Below are positions 15,410 through 29,495 of a DNA stretch of 64,000 bases, in pieces. Under the pieces are notes generated by a model. That model was not told the DNA's origin. It made no database searches and worked only from the letters and a program-made list of their open reading frames with translations. Each line of letters starts with the position of its first letter. Position 1 is the first letter of the stretch. Origin of the DNA: the human T2T-CHM13v2.0 reference genome, Homo sapiens; assembly GCF_009914755.1 (NCBI RefSeq), contig NC_060940.1; one strand, written 5' to 3'. Both the position numbers and the translations under genes were made by a program.

Positions 15410-16125
15410 AAATAAAGCTAACATATGACCCAGCAATCCTACTGCTAGGCACATATCCAAAAGAAAGGAAATCAGTATATCAAAGAGATATCTGCACTCC
15501 TATGTTTATTGCAGCACTATTCACAATAGCCAAAATTTGGAAACAACCTAAGTGTCTACCAACAGATGAATAAAGAAAATGTGGTATATATACACAATGG
15601 AGTACTAATCAGCCATAAAAAGAATAAGATCCTGTCATTTGGAACAACATGGATAGAACTGGAAGTCATGACGTTAAGTGGAAAAAGCCAGACACAGATA
15701 GACAAACTTCACATGTTCTCACCCATCTGTGGGAGCTAAAAATGAAAACAGTTGAACCCACAGACAGAGAGAGTAGTGCAATGGTTACCAGAGGCTGGAA
15801 AGGGTATTGGGGGTGTGAGGGCAGGGAATAGGGATGGTTAATGGGTTCAAAAAATAGAAAGAACGAATAAGATATGGTATTTGAATGCACAAGAGAGTGA
15901 CTGTAGTTAATAACAACTTAATTGTATATTTTTAAGTAAGTAAAAGAGTATAATTGGATTGTTTGTCACACAAAGGACAAATGCTTGAGGTGATGGATAT
16001 CACATTTACCCTGATATGATTATAGCACATTTGCATGCCTCTGTCAAAATATCCCATATACCTAACAAATATATACACCTACTATGTATGCACAATAATT
16101 AACAATTTTAAAAATTTAAGAAAGA
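15410..16125 (+). mobile_element. L1MA 3' end
   Basis: catatgacccagcaatcctactgctagg...gcagcactattcacaatagcc, followed by the 3'UTR. Confidence 0.88.
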
Positions 16126-16614
16126 ACTCTAGGACTTTGCCCAGTGGGGCAACCTGGGTGAAGCATATACTGAAATTCTCTGTACTAATTTTGCAACTTT
16201 TCTACAACTCTAAAATTATCCTCAAATTTTAAAGTTGATTAAATAAAAGCCCTAAGAATCATTCTTTCTCTCTCATTCTTTTCTTTCTGTTACTCCTCAC
16301 ATCAAATCCATCAGCAAGTACAGAGCAGTCCACTTTCCAAGCACATCCCCAAACTGGTCAGTTTCACCACCTCCACCAGTACCTCCTCACCCAAGTAACC
16401 ATCCTGTCCTGTCTCCACCTGGATTATTGTAATATCCTCCTAACTGGCCTCCCTGGTGCCCCCTATCCCCTCCTCACTCCAGAACTCCTACTATCCATGC
16501 AGCATCCAGAGTAGTATTTTTTAAAGACATAAATAAAGTTAGGTCAATCCTTTGTTCAGACCCCTCCAGTGGTTTTCCATCACAGTTGAAATAAAACCCA
16601 AACTGCTCTTTTAA

Positions 16615-17215
16615 AAAGTTTAATTGTGTTTAATTGAACAAAGAATGATTCAAGAATTGTAGAGATCTCGAACCAGAACAGGTGTGAAGAGGCTCCATTT
16701 CTACCACAAAGAAAATTTATGGACAGAGAAGGAAAGTGGCAGACAGAAAATGGAAGCGAGGTGCAGAAACAGCTGGATCCATTACAGCTTGGCATTTGCC
16801 CTACTTGAGCCCAGTTTGAACAGTTGGTCCCCCTTGATTGGCTGAAACTCGGTTGTTTGGACAACAGTGGGTTACAGTCTGTTTACACATCCAGTTAGGT
16901 TGCAGTTCACTACTTATGGAGAAACCTTTAAAGTATGTAAAGAGGCAGCTTTTCGCTAAACTTAATAATTCCCCCTTTTGATCAACCTCTCAGTTGAGAG
17001 ACTGACCAAAACTTTAGGCACTGGCATCACTCTGTCACTATTTGGTTTCAAATCCCACTAGGAAATAGCAGTGGGTTTTATAAGGTGGGAACAAGGGCTT
17101 CAGGTTATTTTTTATAAGGGTTAGAGTAGAAGGAACCTTCTTGACCTGGTATCTCCTGTTTTCAGGAGAAAAACAAAACCAGGTCTATTTTAAGATCTAT
17201 TTGTTTTTAAAGTCT
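16615..17215 (-). mobile_element. MER57/MER51-like ERV1 LTR with adjacent internal fragment
   Basis: LTR hallmarks gacagaaaatggaagcgagg...gattggctgaaactc...ggagaaacctttaaa. Polypurine tract (reverse complement aaaagggggaatt) abuts the LTR near 16970. Confidence 0.7.
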
Positions 17216-19449
17216 TTTCATGGCCAAGTCCCATGAGAGCTGCCCTCTCTCTACCTCTCAGAACCTGTTTCCTCCCACTTCCTATCTGATCACTCTCCTG
17301 CAGCCATCCTAGTCTTCTTACTATTCCCCAGACATGGCAAGCCCACCCTCCCCTACCCACCCAGCGTCTAGACACTTGCAGTCACCTGCTGCCTATACTC
17401 CACACGGCTCACTTCCTCACCTCCTCAGAGAGACCTTTCCTGCTCAGCCTCTCTTAAATACTCCACCTTTATCCATCCACAGCACTCTCTGTCTTACCTC
17501 TCCCTGCTTTATTTCCCTGTCTAGTACTTAACACTACCTAAAATTAACTTATATGCTTCTTCATTCTGTTTATCATCTTGCTTCTCTGAAAGGTAAACTT
17601 CCTGATGGTAGAGATCATGTCCATCTTGTTTATGGCTGCAACCTGTGCCCTGAACATGCCTGACACATGGTAGATACTAATATATCTGTTGAATATCATG
17701 CATGTTGAATGACCCTACCCAGAAGAAGTCAAAGAAAGTTTCCCGAGGAGATGACTGTTGAGCTGGGGACTAAACAATGATGAAACAGGCATGTGTTAAT
17801 TTCTTTGGCTGCATAGCAACCACTACTGCCATCAATGCCCTCGGGGAATGCTCACTCTTCCTGTCCGCCATCTTGATGAGTCTATTAAATGCACTTGCTT
17901 GATCGAGAGCTGAGATGCAACATGCAAGCTGTGTCCAACAGGCTTTTTAATTTTGAGTAGCATGCCCTCAGAGTCCTGCCTAGTCCCCTCAACCTCTCAA
18001 GTTTGTGAGTTCCCCCTCTTTTCCTTTTCAACTTTAGCTAGCCAGAGAATGTGTCTGGTGCTTACAAGTGAAGAACTGTTTCTGACATTGCCAGTTAGGT
18101 GGGGAGGTGCATTCTAGACAGAGGTAACAACTTGCACCAAGGCATTGAAGCATGAAGCGATGGGAAACAATGGGGCATGAAAATCAAATGTTCCTTCAAG
18201 GTGCAAACATATTACCCTAAAACTCCATGGTTCCCTAGGGACTCAATTCAAAAGTTACAGGGCCATTTTTAGGACATCTCTTTGCTATAGGAAAACAGGA
18301 CATTTTCTGCAAGATCAATGCTTGACCAACATCAGATTCAATTTTTGCATCCTTCAAATCATATCAGGCTGGAAAATTAAAAGTTTCCTCTCATTTTTAT
18401 CATAATTACTATAACAACCACTACCATCTTGTGTTTGTCCAGTAATTTCAGCTTTTCAAAGAAATTTCAAATCCATTAACTTAGTCTCTACCAAGGCCTC
18501 CGAGTTCGAGGCATTAAAGGCTCCCCAAGTGGAATTACCAGCGTGTTATAAACGAAAGAATCTGAGTCACCAAAACAGCCCAGCCTCTGTCTGACCTCCG
18601 ACCCTCCTCATCTGACACTACAGCTTTTCCCAAGGCAGCTGCAGGTGAGATATTCATTCAAACCAGCAGGAAGAGAAATGCTGAATCTGCACAATCAGAA
18701 CCTTCTGCTGACTTAGCACCATGTCTACAGAGATGCTGCTCTTGTCCTTCGTCCTGAGAAGGAGACACAGTGTGCCTGAAGGAGCCCATCTCAGACACCC
18801 TGCCCCTGGCAGCAGCCACCAGGGAAGCCAGTACAATAGTGGTCTCAGTAAGGGAGGACCTAGGACTGCGCAAAAAAATCAAGCAGTGTAACCCAAAAAT
18901 CCAGATACCAGACAGATCCAAGAATGTGGCTAGTGCCATTTCCATTTGCTCAAAATTAGCATCAAAGTTAGGAAGAGTCAGGGTTAAAATACAAACACCC
19001 CATGCTCCAACCAAAGCGATCTGCATATGGCTGTCCATACGCACCATGTACTTGGCCACCTACGTGTCTTTATTCATGCTGTTTTCTCCGGCTGGAGAAG
19101 CTCATGGAAATGGTTTATTTTTGCCAAAGTTAGCATTTAACGTGGACATAATGATGGTTCAACTCCATGGATCCCATGTGCCAATCTTCCCCCAGCTCCA
19201 CTATTGAAATTCTATACATCCACTGAGTCCAGTCCGTTTTCCCCCCAACCATCACTCACTCTGACCTGGTTCATTCTCCAGGAGCCTCAGCTGATTTTTC
19301 TCTAGCTTGATCACCCTTCTTGGTTTCATGTTCAGTTCACCATTGCCTTTATTGATAAACCCACTCTTCCGCTAGTTAAATCCATGTCACCTTCTTGACA
19401 AGCAATAGTGCTGAGGTCAGAACTCTCCCCATAGCCATACCCTAAAAGA

Positions 19450-20012
19450 TGGTACATCCAGACAATAGAATATTATTCAACGCAAAAAGGAAGTGTGACA
19501 TCAAGCCGTGAAAAGACATTGAGGGACCTTAAATGCACATTTCTAAGTGAAAGAAGCCAATCTGAAAAGGTTACATACTGTATGATTCCAACTATATGAC
19601 ATTCTGGAAAAGGCAAAACTATGGAGACAGTGAAAAGATCAGTGGTTGCCAGGAGGTAGGGGCTTAGGGAAGAATAAATAGGTAGAACATAGATGATTTT
19701 TTTTCATGAAATTACTCTGTATGTCACTATAGTGGTGGATACAAGTCATTATGCATTTGTTCAAACCCATAGAATGTACAACACCAAGGGTGAATTTTAA
19801 TGTATACTATGGACTTTAGGCGATAATTTTGTGTCCATGTAGGCCTATCAGTTGTAACAATTAATGTTGTTACAAGTTGGTACTATTCTGGTGGGGGATG
19901 TGGATCACAGGGATGGCTATTCATGTGTAGGGCAGGGGGTATTTGGGATATCTCTGTACATTCTGTTCAATTTTGCTGTGAACCTAAGACTGCTCTTAAA
20001 AATAAAGTCTGA
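19450..20012 (+). mobile_element. L1MC 3' end
   Basis: ggtacatccagacaatagaatattattc...gtgaaagaagccaatctgaaaagg...gaacctaagactgctctt. Confidence 0.85.
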
Positions 20013-20751
20013 AAAATGCTGCATAGCTTTCCCTCCCTCTGCCAACCAGTCCACAAGTACTGGATATATTGGCCATCCATCACTTGCCAGGCAGTATCTA
20101 GGTGCTGGGGGGACTCTATGAAGGGGATATGCTCCTGCCCAGGTGGAGTTTAGCAGGGAATCTGGACAGTGATGAAGTCATTTCAAATATGATAAACCCA
20201 TCAGGTATACACAAGGAGAAAAGCTAATTTTCATTTTTATAGGTATTTTATAAACATTTTTCTAAACACTGTACTATAGTTAGGGTGATTTTACATATTT
20301 CTGCCTTGTTTCTTGTGCTAGAACATAAGATCCTGGCCTTGAGTCAGAGGACAAGTCAAAATAAATTTTGTAGCCAGAGCTAAGTTCAGTATACTGACTC
20401 TAAGTCCTATAATTGAGACTCCAATACCAAACAATCTTTGTTTGGGCTGGTTAGAATTTTCCACTCTTACAAATGAACACTCACCTCATCTAGACCTGCC
20501 ACTTGGACAACTGAGACGGAAAGATCTCCTTAATGCAGCATGTCCTGGAATTCAAGATATTCATTCAACAAACACTGCCTGGTCACCTACTTCATGTCAA
20601 ACCCCGTGCTGAATGCTGGAGGGGCATCGGGGTCTTCGCAAGTGCTGTTTCCTCCACCCTCCTCCCACGTATTCACAAGGCTCCCCTCCTTTCTGCATTA
20701 AGGTCTCTGTGCAAAAGTCCTCATGTCAGAGAGGGTTCCTGTGCATTCATT

Positions 20752-21078
20752 AATGCTGTCCACCCCACAGTCCAGTTTTCCTCTCGTTCCAGGCACATGG
20801 CAGGAGAGCCCTTTCCTGGCCCCTTGAATCAGTTGTGGCAATCAAATGTGAGCTGAAGCCCTTAAGAGCCAGCGTATGACTCACCACATCCCCCTCCCCA
20901 CCTACACCACAACAACCAGCCATGCTCCATCTGGTCCCACAAGTGAGGCGATATGGCGCAGAAGTCGTAGCCAACCCTCGGTGGGCACGTTGCATGAACG
21001 AGAAATAAGCCTTTATTGTTATAAGCCATTAAGATACAGGGGCTGTTTGTGCAGCAGGGCCTCATCCATCCTAGCTGA
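20752..21078 (+). mobile_element. Old MLT1 (MaLR) LTR
   Basis: 3' end gagaaataagcctttattgttataagccattaagat... Confidence 0.65.
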
Positions 21079-22331
21079 TCCAGCTTTCCTGAAACCCTAT
21101 CTTAAAGGGCATCTCCTGTCACTTTCAGTCTCTTTACCCTGCTTTGCCTGTGGCACTTAATGCAATCTAACATTATATATTTACCGTGTTTATATTTTGT
21201 CCCCATCCCCTGGAATATAAGTTTGATAAGGGCAGGGACATTGTTCCCCCAGCATCCTCAGTGCCCTGAACTGTGTGCCTGGGTAGAGGAGGCTCAGTAC
21301 ATGTTTATGGAATGACTCACTGAACACATTAACACATAAGACACTGTTCCTGTCCTCACTGAGGACAGCTGGGAAGCTAAATCAACAAATAAATTATCAG
21401 AATGCAGGAGCTACAAAAGTATAGGAACGGCACCTAATCCTGTGGGGGACAGCAGTCCAAGGTTTCTCAGAGGGCATGGCTTCTGAGATGAGTTTTGAAG
21501 GATATGAGACAGACAGAAATAGCAGCACAGACAAGTGCCAGAAAATGTGAAAGAGGCACATTTAGAGCAATGTGGGTTTTTGTTATATTTTAGCAATCAG
21601 GGCAATGGTTTTTGTCATATTTTATCAAGCCAACAAGAACAAGTGTTGTATAAAAAACAGAAGGGGAGTCTTCTGATCAAATAGATTTGGGAAACATTCG
21701 TTCAAACAGCAGGAAATAAGTTTAAACCGTGTCTGTAGCGCAGGACTTCTCAGAGCTTTGAAGAGGCTCATGTGCATTGTAAATATCTGAGGATCCCATG
21801 ATGTACAGCATCTCTTAAATTTATTTTGGCTTAAACTTTTTTCTGTAGGGTCATATTCCTCAGAGCCCTCTTTGGGAAAGTCTAGAGCAAACTGCAAAAT
21901 GAGGAGAGAACTGAGTTGAAGCTCAAAAGGTCAGCAGGGGTCAGAAATCAGGGATTTGTGCAGCCAGGAGTTTACATTTTATCTGAAGGCAATGCAGTGC
22001 ACATGGTGAGTTTGCAGGAAGTTTTATTACCATCCCCCATCACAGAAAATGAATATCCTTGTTGGTCTTTTCATCAGCACCAGTAATCAACATCTGATGG
22101 GCCAGGAGACCCATGGGACTGGTACTCAGGAAGCAGTGTGTCCCTCAGCAAGTCCCTGAGCCTCTCTGAGCCTCATATTTCACATCTGTATGATGGTTCA
22201 AGTTAAATAGTGGACATCCCTTCTACAGTCCCTGCCAATTCTCCTGGCAGATAATGTGACTGCAATACCATCCATGATTATAACGTTTGGTATAACGATT
22301 TAATGTATTATCTTTTCCACTGAAAGAGCTC

Positions 22332-22687
22332 TGTATTAGTCTGTTCTCACACTGATAATAAAGACATATCGGAGACTGGTAACTTATAAGGGAAAGAGGT
22401 TTAATGGACTCACAGTTCCACATGGCTGGGGAGGCCTCACAATCATGGCAGAAGGCAAATGAGAAGCAAGGTCACATCTTACATGGCAAGAGAGCATGTG
22501 CAGGGGAACTCCCATTTATAAAACCATCAGATCTTGTGAGACTTATTCACTATCACGAAAACAGCACGGGAAAGACCTGCCCCCATGATTCAATTACCTC
22601 CCACTGAATCCCTCCCAGGACACATGAGGATTATGGAAGCTACAATTCAAGGTGAGATTTAGGTGGGGACACAGCCAAACCATATCA
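22332..22687 (-). mobile_element. THE1 solo LTR
   Basis: tgtattagtctgttctcac...cagccaaaccatatca with TSD agctc/agttc. Confidence 0.92.
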
Positions 22688-24157
22688 AGTTCAAAGGCTC
22701 AAAGGACTTCAAAAGAAGGGGCAAGAATAAATAATTGCACAGAAATCCATTTTAAGTGGTAGGAGGGACCCTGGACGATGAAAAGGGTGATCTAGCCCAG
22801 GGTCCAGGAAAACTGTCAGGCTTCCTGCCCATCTGCCCCCTCTGCACCTGCACGCATACCTGACTTCTTTCTCCCTAGAAGAGCTCCTGTCCCCCACAGT
22901 GATTTTCAACTCTCTTGCTATGCATGAGGTCAGCCATTTCATGGCTCCACCCAAATCTTCTGATGCAAAAGTGGAATGGACTCATGCCATAATGCTGGGC
23001 TGCCTGATCATCGCATGTGGTCAGCTGTGTAGCAGAATATAAATTTTAAAAACCCAAACGATTAAACTGTCACTTCCTATTAGACAAAGCACATTCCAAG
23101 ATGCAACTAATGAGGGAAGAGAAATAAGGAAAGAAAGTATGTTTGACAGAGGCAGTGTGGCTATAGCTTTCTCCACTTCTGATTGACGACAAGATGGTTT
23201 CTCCTGCAAGTAGGCACAGATTTGCTCTTTCAACCCACGTATACTGGGCACTGAGGGGAGGAAGATGAAAATGGCTACAGCAAGGGTATAGAAGAGGAAT
23301 AAATTCACAGTCATGTGGGGAGGCCATTCTGTCTGTCTTCTGGCATAAAAAAAGACTGAGTGCATAGGAGGCAGAAGGCGATTGCTTCAAGCCTAAGAAA
23401 TGGAAAAGGCACCTTGGAGAACTTGACACTTAAAACTTAAAGGACTTAAAGGCAAAGCGGGACTAACAATGACATGTTTCACACTTGTATTTCTTCTTAC
23501 AGTTTTCAGGGTTTTCATACACCTTACTTCATTCGATCCTAATAAGAACCCTGAGAGGTAGATTTCAACTGTGCTTTCCAAAAGTAAAGATGGAGGTGGG
23601 AGGAAGAACTCAGCGATGGAGCTAGAACTATGGGCACGTGAAAGAAAGAACAAGTTATCTAATTCACCTGATGGGTGCACTGTGGGAGACAGAGCCTGGT
23701 GGTGATGGGGGGCAGACTGAGGTGATTCTTGGATGCCTGGCTAAGGGTTTAGAATTTACCCTGAATATAATGTTGATATCACCAAAGCTTTAAGAGTGGA
23801 GAGTAACATGTCCAATGCGCCCCTTGAGTAGGAGAGCTTCCCGTATAAGCAGGAAACTCAGAAGACTGGAATCAAAGTTCAGGTGGAAGGTGATAAGGAC
23901 CAGGTGCCAGGGATGGAGACGAACCAAGAGTTGGGCAGTGGAAGAATGGAAAACACCAGAGGGCCAGGTATAGTGTCAGAGATTGTTTTATGTCTTACTT
24001 AGATGAGACACAAAATAATATTAAAAGTATGCAGGATAAAACTCTGATTATCTTTCAATCCTTCTAATTAGTCAGTGAGGAAGTCTCATCTTGGTGCTAA
24101 TAGGTCTTCAACACCTTTCTAACACTTGCTAATTATTTAAAGGAGACAATAATATAC

Positions 24158-24517
24158 TGTATTAGTCCATTCTCACACTGCTATAAAAATACTACCAGAG
24201 ACGGGTAATTTATAGAGGAAGAGGTTTAATTGACTCACAGTTCTGCATGGCTGGGGAGGCCTCAGAAAACTTACAATCATGGCAGAAGATGAAGGGGAAG
24301 CAAATACCTTCTTCACGGGGAGACAGGAAAGAGTGTGAGCATGCAGGAAAGACTACCATCTATAAAACTATCAGATCTCATGAGAATTCACTCACTCACT
24401 ATCATGAGAACAGCATGGGGGAAACAGCCCCCACGATCAATCACTTCCCTTCTTCAACACTTGGGGATTGCAATTCGAGATGAGATTTGGATGAGGACAC
24501 AGAGCCAAACCATATCA
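24158..24517 (-). mobile_element. MST solo LTR
   Basis: tgtattagtccattctcac...agccaaaccatatca with TSD tatac/tatgc. Confidence 0.9.
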
Positions 24518-24711
24518 TATGCTAAGTGAGACTTGGCAGGAACAGTAGTTTGTTATATTTTAATATTACTACTGTAATCTTTATTTTTGGTTTTTTTACT
24601 AGTGGCAAGATTTTGTTTGTTTATTTGATTGTTAGTTTGCTGTTATCTTCTGCTTATCGTAAGTGAAACTGGTTTTCATTATTGGCAGTGATATACCATT
24701 CTCTTTTAAAC

Positions 24712-25028
24712 TATATTTATTTTTATTTATTTATTTATTTATTTTTTGAGACAGGATCTCACTCTGTCACCAAGGCTGGAGTACAGTGGCCCAATCACAG
24801 CCCACTGCAGCCTCAACCTCCTGGGCTCAGGTGATCCTACTACTTCAGCCTCTCGAGCAGCTGGGACCACAGGCATGTGCCAACACACCCGGCTAATTTT
24901 CATATTTTTTGTAGAGACAGGATTCCACCATATTGCCGAGGCTAGTCCCAGACTCCTGGGCTCAAGAGATCCACCCGTCTCAGCCTCCCAAAGTGCTAGG
25001 ATTACAGGCGTGAGCCACTGTATCTGGC
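24712..25028 (-). mobile_element. Alu (AluJ-type) with (TTTA)n tail
   Basis: Reverse dimeric Alu. Confidence 0.92.
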
Positions 25029-25084
25029 ATCATTTTATTTTAAGATGTAAAGAAAAGTATTCTGGTGGTGGGAGTAGGGGGATA

Positions 25085-25670
25085 TCTATCCTCAATAAGT
25101 CAAGCATAGTATTACCATGTGACCCAGCAGTTTCACTCTTGGGTATAAATCCAAAAGAATTGAAAACAGGTGTTCAAACAAAAACTTGTACATAAATGTT
25201 TATAGCAGCACCATTCACAATAGCTAACAGATGGAAACAGCACAAATGCCCATCAATGGTTGAATAGATAAATTAAATATAGTATATCCATACAATGGAA
25301 TATTATTCAACCATGAAAAGGAATAAAGTACTGATTCATGCTACGACATGGATGGACCTTGAAAACATTATGCTAAGTGAAAGATGCCAGATGCAAAAGG
25401 TCACATAACAGACGATCCCATCCCATCTAGAACGAGTAAATCCACAGATACAGAAAGCAGATTAAAGGTTTCCAGGAGCTGGAGGGGTGGGGAAATAGAT
25501 CGTAACTGCTTGATGGTTACTGGTCTCCTTTTGGAGTGATGATGTTCTGGACCTAGATGGAGGTGCTGGTCACACAACATTGTGAACGTACTAAACGCCA
25601 CTGAATTGTTCACTTTAAAATGTTTAGAATGGCAGATTCTATGTTATGTGTATTATATCACAATAAAAAA
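25085..25670 (+). mobile_element. L1MB 3' end
   Basis: ccatgtgacccagcagtttcactc...caaacaaaaacttgtacataaatg...gccactgaattgttcactttaaaa. Confidence 0.88.
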
Positions 25671-26679
25671 TTAGTCAAAGTGGCCAAAATGTTGTGAAGG
25701 TGCCATGGAAGGAAACAAAACTTAAGAAATTCTTCTGATCAAAAAAACAGAGGTTGTGGAGTCAGGAGACCTGAGTTCAGGGCCCAGCTCTGTTACCTGC
25801 CTACCAGCAGTGTCACCAAAAATAAGCTTCTGTGATTCCCTGGGCTTCACTTTCCTCCTCTCTACAATGAGGGTGGTGGTCCTCGGATCCCTGCCTGCAA
25901 CACTCTGCCTGCACATCAGGGAGCTCAATATACATCCGTCCCTCATGTTCCTTCCAAGCAAGGAAGGCTTGGACAACAGGAATACCATTGACAGAGAGAA
26001 GAAATCCAGAATAAGCATGAATCAAAGAGGACAGGCCTGGGCAGGTTCAGTATGAGGCACCCATGGCCATGTCAAGGAGAGAAGCCCACCAAGCACCTAG
26101 GGAAACAGGTCAGGAACCCAGGGCAAGAGGTTGAGGCTACAACTGTAGATTGTGGAGGCATCTGCAAAGCTCCAACTACTAAGGACTATATCTAGAGAAG
26201 AGGAGCTGATGGGATGCTTGGAGGGCTCTCGCCTGTACAGAGGTGTAGGTCCCCCAAGCATGCAAAAGGCAGATCATCATCAATGAGGCTGGAGTGACTC
26301 CTGACTTCCAAGAAGCAGCGGAGTCTGTCAAGGAGTGGACCTTAGCCCAATCCCATTTTACAGATGAGGAAAGGTAAGGTCCAGAAGGGAGAGAGGAAGG
26401 AAGAAGATACACTATAAAGGTATTATTTTAGATAGATAATATATATTATTTTATAGATAGCTAAATGATACACAAATATATTATTCTTTGTGAGAGAGAA
26501 TATGAAAGCTCAAATTCCATCCCAGATCGCCTAACTCAAAGCTCCACATTTTTGCAATACAAACTATCGTTCTCATTATGTGGAACCCACCCAAAGAAGG
26601 CCAGATATTAAAGCTGTAAGAGCATTTAGCCCAACTTTCTTACTTGCAGGAGAAACTGAATTTCAGAGTTTGCCGCAAG

Positions 26680-26897
26680 TCAAGGAATGCAGTTCTGGAA
26701 GCTAGTAAAGGAAAGGAAACAGATTCTTCCCCAGAGTCTCCAGAGGGAGCACAGCTTTGCTGACACCTTCATTTTGGTGCAGGGAACCTGATTTCAGACT
26801 TCTGCCCTCCAGGGCTGTAAGAGGGTAAAAGTGCGTTTCCTTCAGCCACCATGTTTGTGATGATAATTTATTACAGCAGCTGTAGTAAACTAATACA
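26680..26897 (+). mobile_element. MLT1 LTR 3' half
   Basis: aaggaaacagattcttccccagagtctccagaggg...aaactaataca. Confidence 0.8.
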
Positions 26898-27760
26898 ATC
26901 CTGGACCTAGCCCCTTCTCCTAACTCACTATTTTGTTTGAACATCTACTAAGTACCTACTCTCCCTCAAAACAATGTTCTGAGTGCTGGAAGTATAGAAT
27001 GATGAAGTCATCAATACAAGCGGGATATGGTCTCCCCAAACCAAGAGAACAGGAGCACACAGCACAAGTGGGCGTGGACCAAGGGCATGTGAACTGTGGA
27101 TGGGATGTAGACTTGAGCAAGTTCGTTTCTAGCTTCTAAATTCCACCCCAGCAAGTACCCCAGACCTGGCTTTAGGAACCACGATATGGCAGCATGAAGT
27201 GGGGACCTCATGACAACACATTCTAAGTAGGATTTTGGTAACAAGAAGGATCAAAGCCCCATCTGCATCTCTCATGTCATCTCTGCATTGTTGATGATTC
27301 ATCTTTTTCATACAACTGCTTGGAGGGCATCAGAGACTTTCCCACATTCAGCGGAGCCAGAGATTTTGGCTGTTTTAATGAATTCTTCTAACCGGTTGCA
27401 CCGCCCCAAATTGACCGTAAAAGTTAACAGATTTGTTTAAGAAACAAAACTTGATCTCAATATATTGTGGACAAATGCTCAATCGAACAGAAAGCTCACT
27501 GTTAATTTGCTCTTCCTCCTTCTGTATTCTCCAGCTATCCTGAATTTCTTGTCTCTTCTCCCCTCCAGGCACAAAAATGATAAGGAAACTTTGCTTGGGA
27601 AGAATTTCGCAGAGGCACGTTCGTGGAGCCAGGTTTTGGGGTTTCGGGTTTCAAAGTGCATACCACCCCAGGGTTCTCAAACAGAGGCACACACAGCCCA
27701 GCAGAACACACGTGCAGAGCACAAATACAGTAGAACTTCCTAGAGCATTGCTTTTACTTG

Positions 27761-28134
27761 TGATATGGTTTGGCTGTGTCCCCACACAAATCTCATCTTG
27801 AATTGTAGTTCCCATCATCCTCACGTGTTGTGGGAGGGACCTGGTGGGAGGTAATTTAATCATGAGAATGGTTACCCCCATGCTGTTCTCATGATAGTGA
27901 GTGAGTTCTCACAAGATCTGATGGTCTTATTAGGGGCTTTTCCCCCTTTTGCTCACACTTCTCCTTGCTGCTGCCATATGAAGAAGTACATGTTGGCTTC
28001 CCCTTCTGCCATGATTGTAAATTTCCGGAGGCCTCCCAGCCACACTGAACTGTGAGTCAATTAAACCTTTTTCCTTTATAAATTACCCAGACTTGGGTAT
28101 GTCTTCATTAGCAGTGTGAGAACGAACTAATACA
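27761..28134 (+). mobile_element. THE1 solo LTR
   Basis: tgatatggtttggctgtgtcccc...gaactaataca with TSD acttg/actta. Confidence 0.93.
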
Positions 28135-28331
28135 ACTTAACTATTTGATGAAGGGAAAAATGGACACACTTATCTTTTAAGTCATTTTAAATTATTTCGC
28201 CTTAGTACCAACATAGTTACATTATGAGGTAGGAACCAAAATCTGCATGAATTTTTAAGATCAAATTCAGAGAAAAGGCCACAAAGGGCACAGCCTGATG
28301 TGCAGAGCGTGTGTTTATCAGACGCTGTCCC

Positions 28332-28828
28332 TGTATTGGCTTCCTATTGCTGTTCTAACAAATTACCACCAATTTAGTGGCTCTAAGCAGCACAGATTCT
28401 TTCTCTTATGGCTCCAGAGGTCCAAAGTCTGAAGTGGGTCAAGCAGCTGGCAGGGTGGCATTCCTTCCAGAGGCCCTAGAGGAGGACCTATCTCCTTGCC
28501 TTCTCCAGCTTCTGGAGGATGCTGGCATTCCTTGGATTACAGCCCCTTCCTCCATCTTCAAAGTGCATCACTCCAATCTCTGCTTCTGTTGCCACATCTG
28601 CTTCTCTGACTCTCACCTCCCTGCCTCCCTTTCATAAGGAATGATTATAAATTGGACTCACCTAGGCTAATCCAGAACAGTCTCTCCATTTCAAGATCCT
28701 TAATTTAATTATATTTGCAAAGTCCCTTTAGCCATATAAGGTTAGTATTCACAGGTTCCAGGAATTAGAATGTGGATGTCTTTGGGTGGGGAAGAGGGGG
28801 TGGTGGGGACATGATTCTGCCTACCACA
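28332..28828 (-). mobile_element. MLT1C/D-type solo LTR
   Basis: tgtattggcttcctattgctg...attctgcctaccaca. Confidence 0.85.
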
Positions 28829-29102
28829 CCCCCTAGGACTATTTGAGTAAAAATTCCTGAGAAGCATTGAACCTAGAAGTCCTAGAAGGGTTTTAGGAAG
28901 GATTCTAAGACAGGGACTCAGTTCCTCAAAGCAGGAGCCTAGTGTCCAGAAAGGGAGCCCACATGAGAAGAACAAAGTCAGTGTTAGAGCAGGTGGAGGT
29001 CTGGGTTCTGAGCTGAGGTGTCTTGACTCCACTGAGGCTCAGTTACAGAAGAGGAGTGAGGAGAAGCCTTGGAATTAAGCTCTAACTACCTCCCAACCTC
29101 TC

Positions 29103-29495
29103 TGTATTCATTTTCCCAGGCTGCTGTAACAAAGGATCACAGTCTTTATTACAGCAAAGATGGTTTAAACAACAGAAATGTAATTTGTTCACAGTTCTCA
29201 AAGCTAGAAGTCTAAGACAAGGGAGCTGCAGGATTGCTCCTCTGAAAACTGTCTCCTTGGCATACAGATGGCCATCCTCTCCCTGTGTCTTCACATGGTC
29301 CTCCCTTTGTGTGTTTATGTTGTGTCTTAATTTCCTGTTCTTATAAGGACACCAGTCATGTTGGGTTAAGGCTTACCTATATGCCCTCATTTTACCATAA
29401 TTACTCTTAAAGACTCCAGCTCCAAAGTGTCACATTCAGAGATACTAGGGGTTAGGACCCAATATATGACTTTTAGGGAGATACAATTCAGTGCA
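29103..29495 (-). mobile_element. MLT1A/B-type solo LTR
   Basis: tgtattcattttcccaggctgctgtaacaaag...cttataaggacaccagtcat...gatacaattcag. Confidence 0.82.

Noticed and set aside
18654-19207. Overlapping 133-aa and 145-aa intronic ORFs
   Set aside because: No recognisable homology or processed-pseudogene hallmarks. Within chance expectation for 64 kb.
24746-25195. 149-aa ORF and similar Alu-like peptides elsewhere (12730, 42727, 55625)
   Set aside because: Translations of Alu and L1 sequence.
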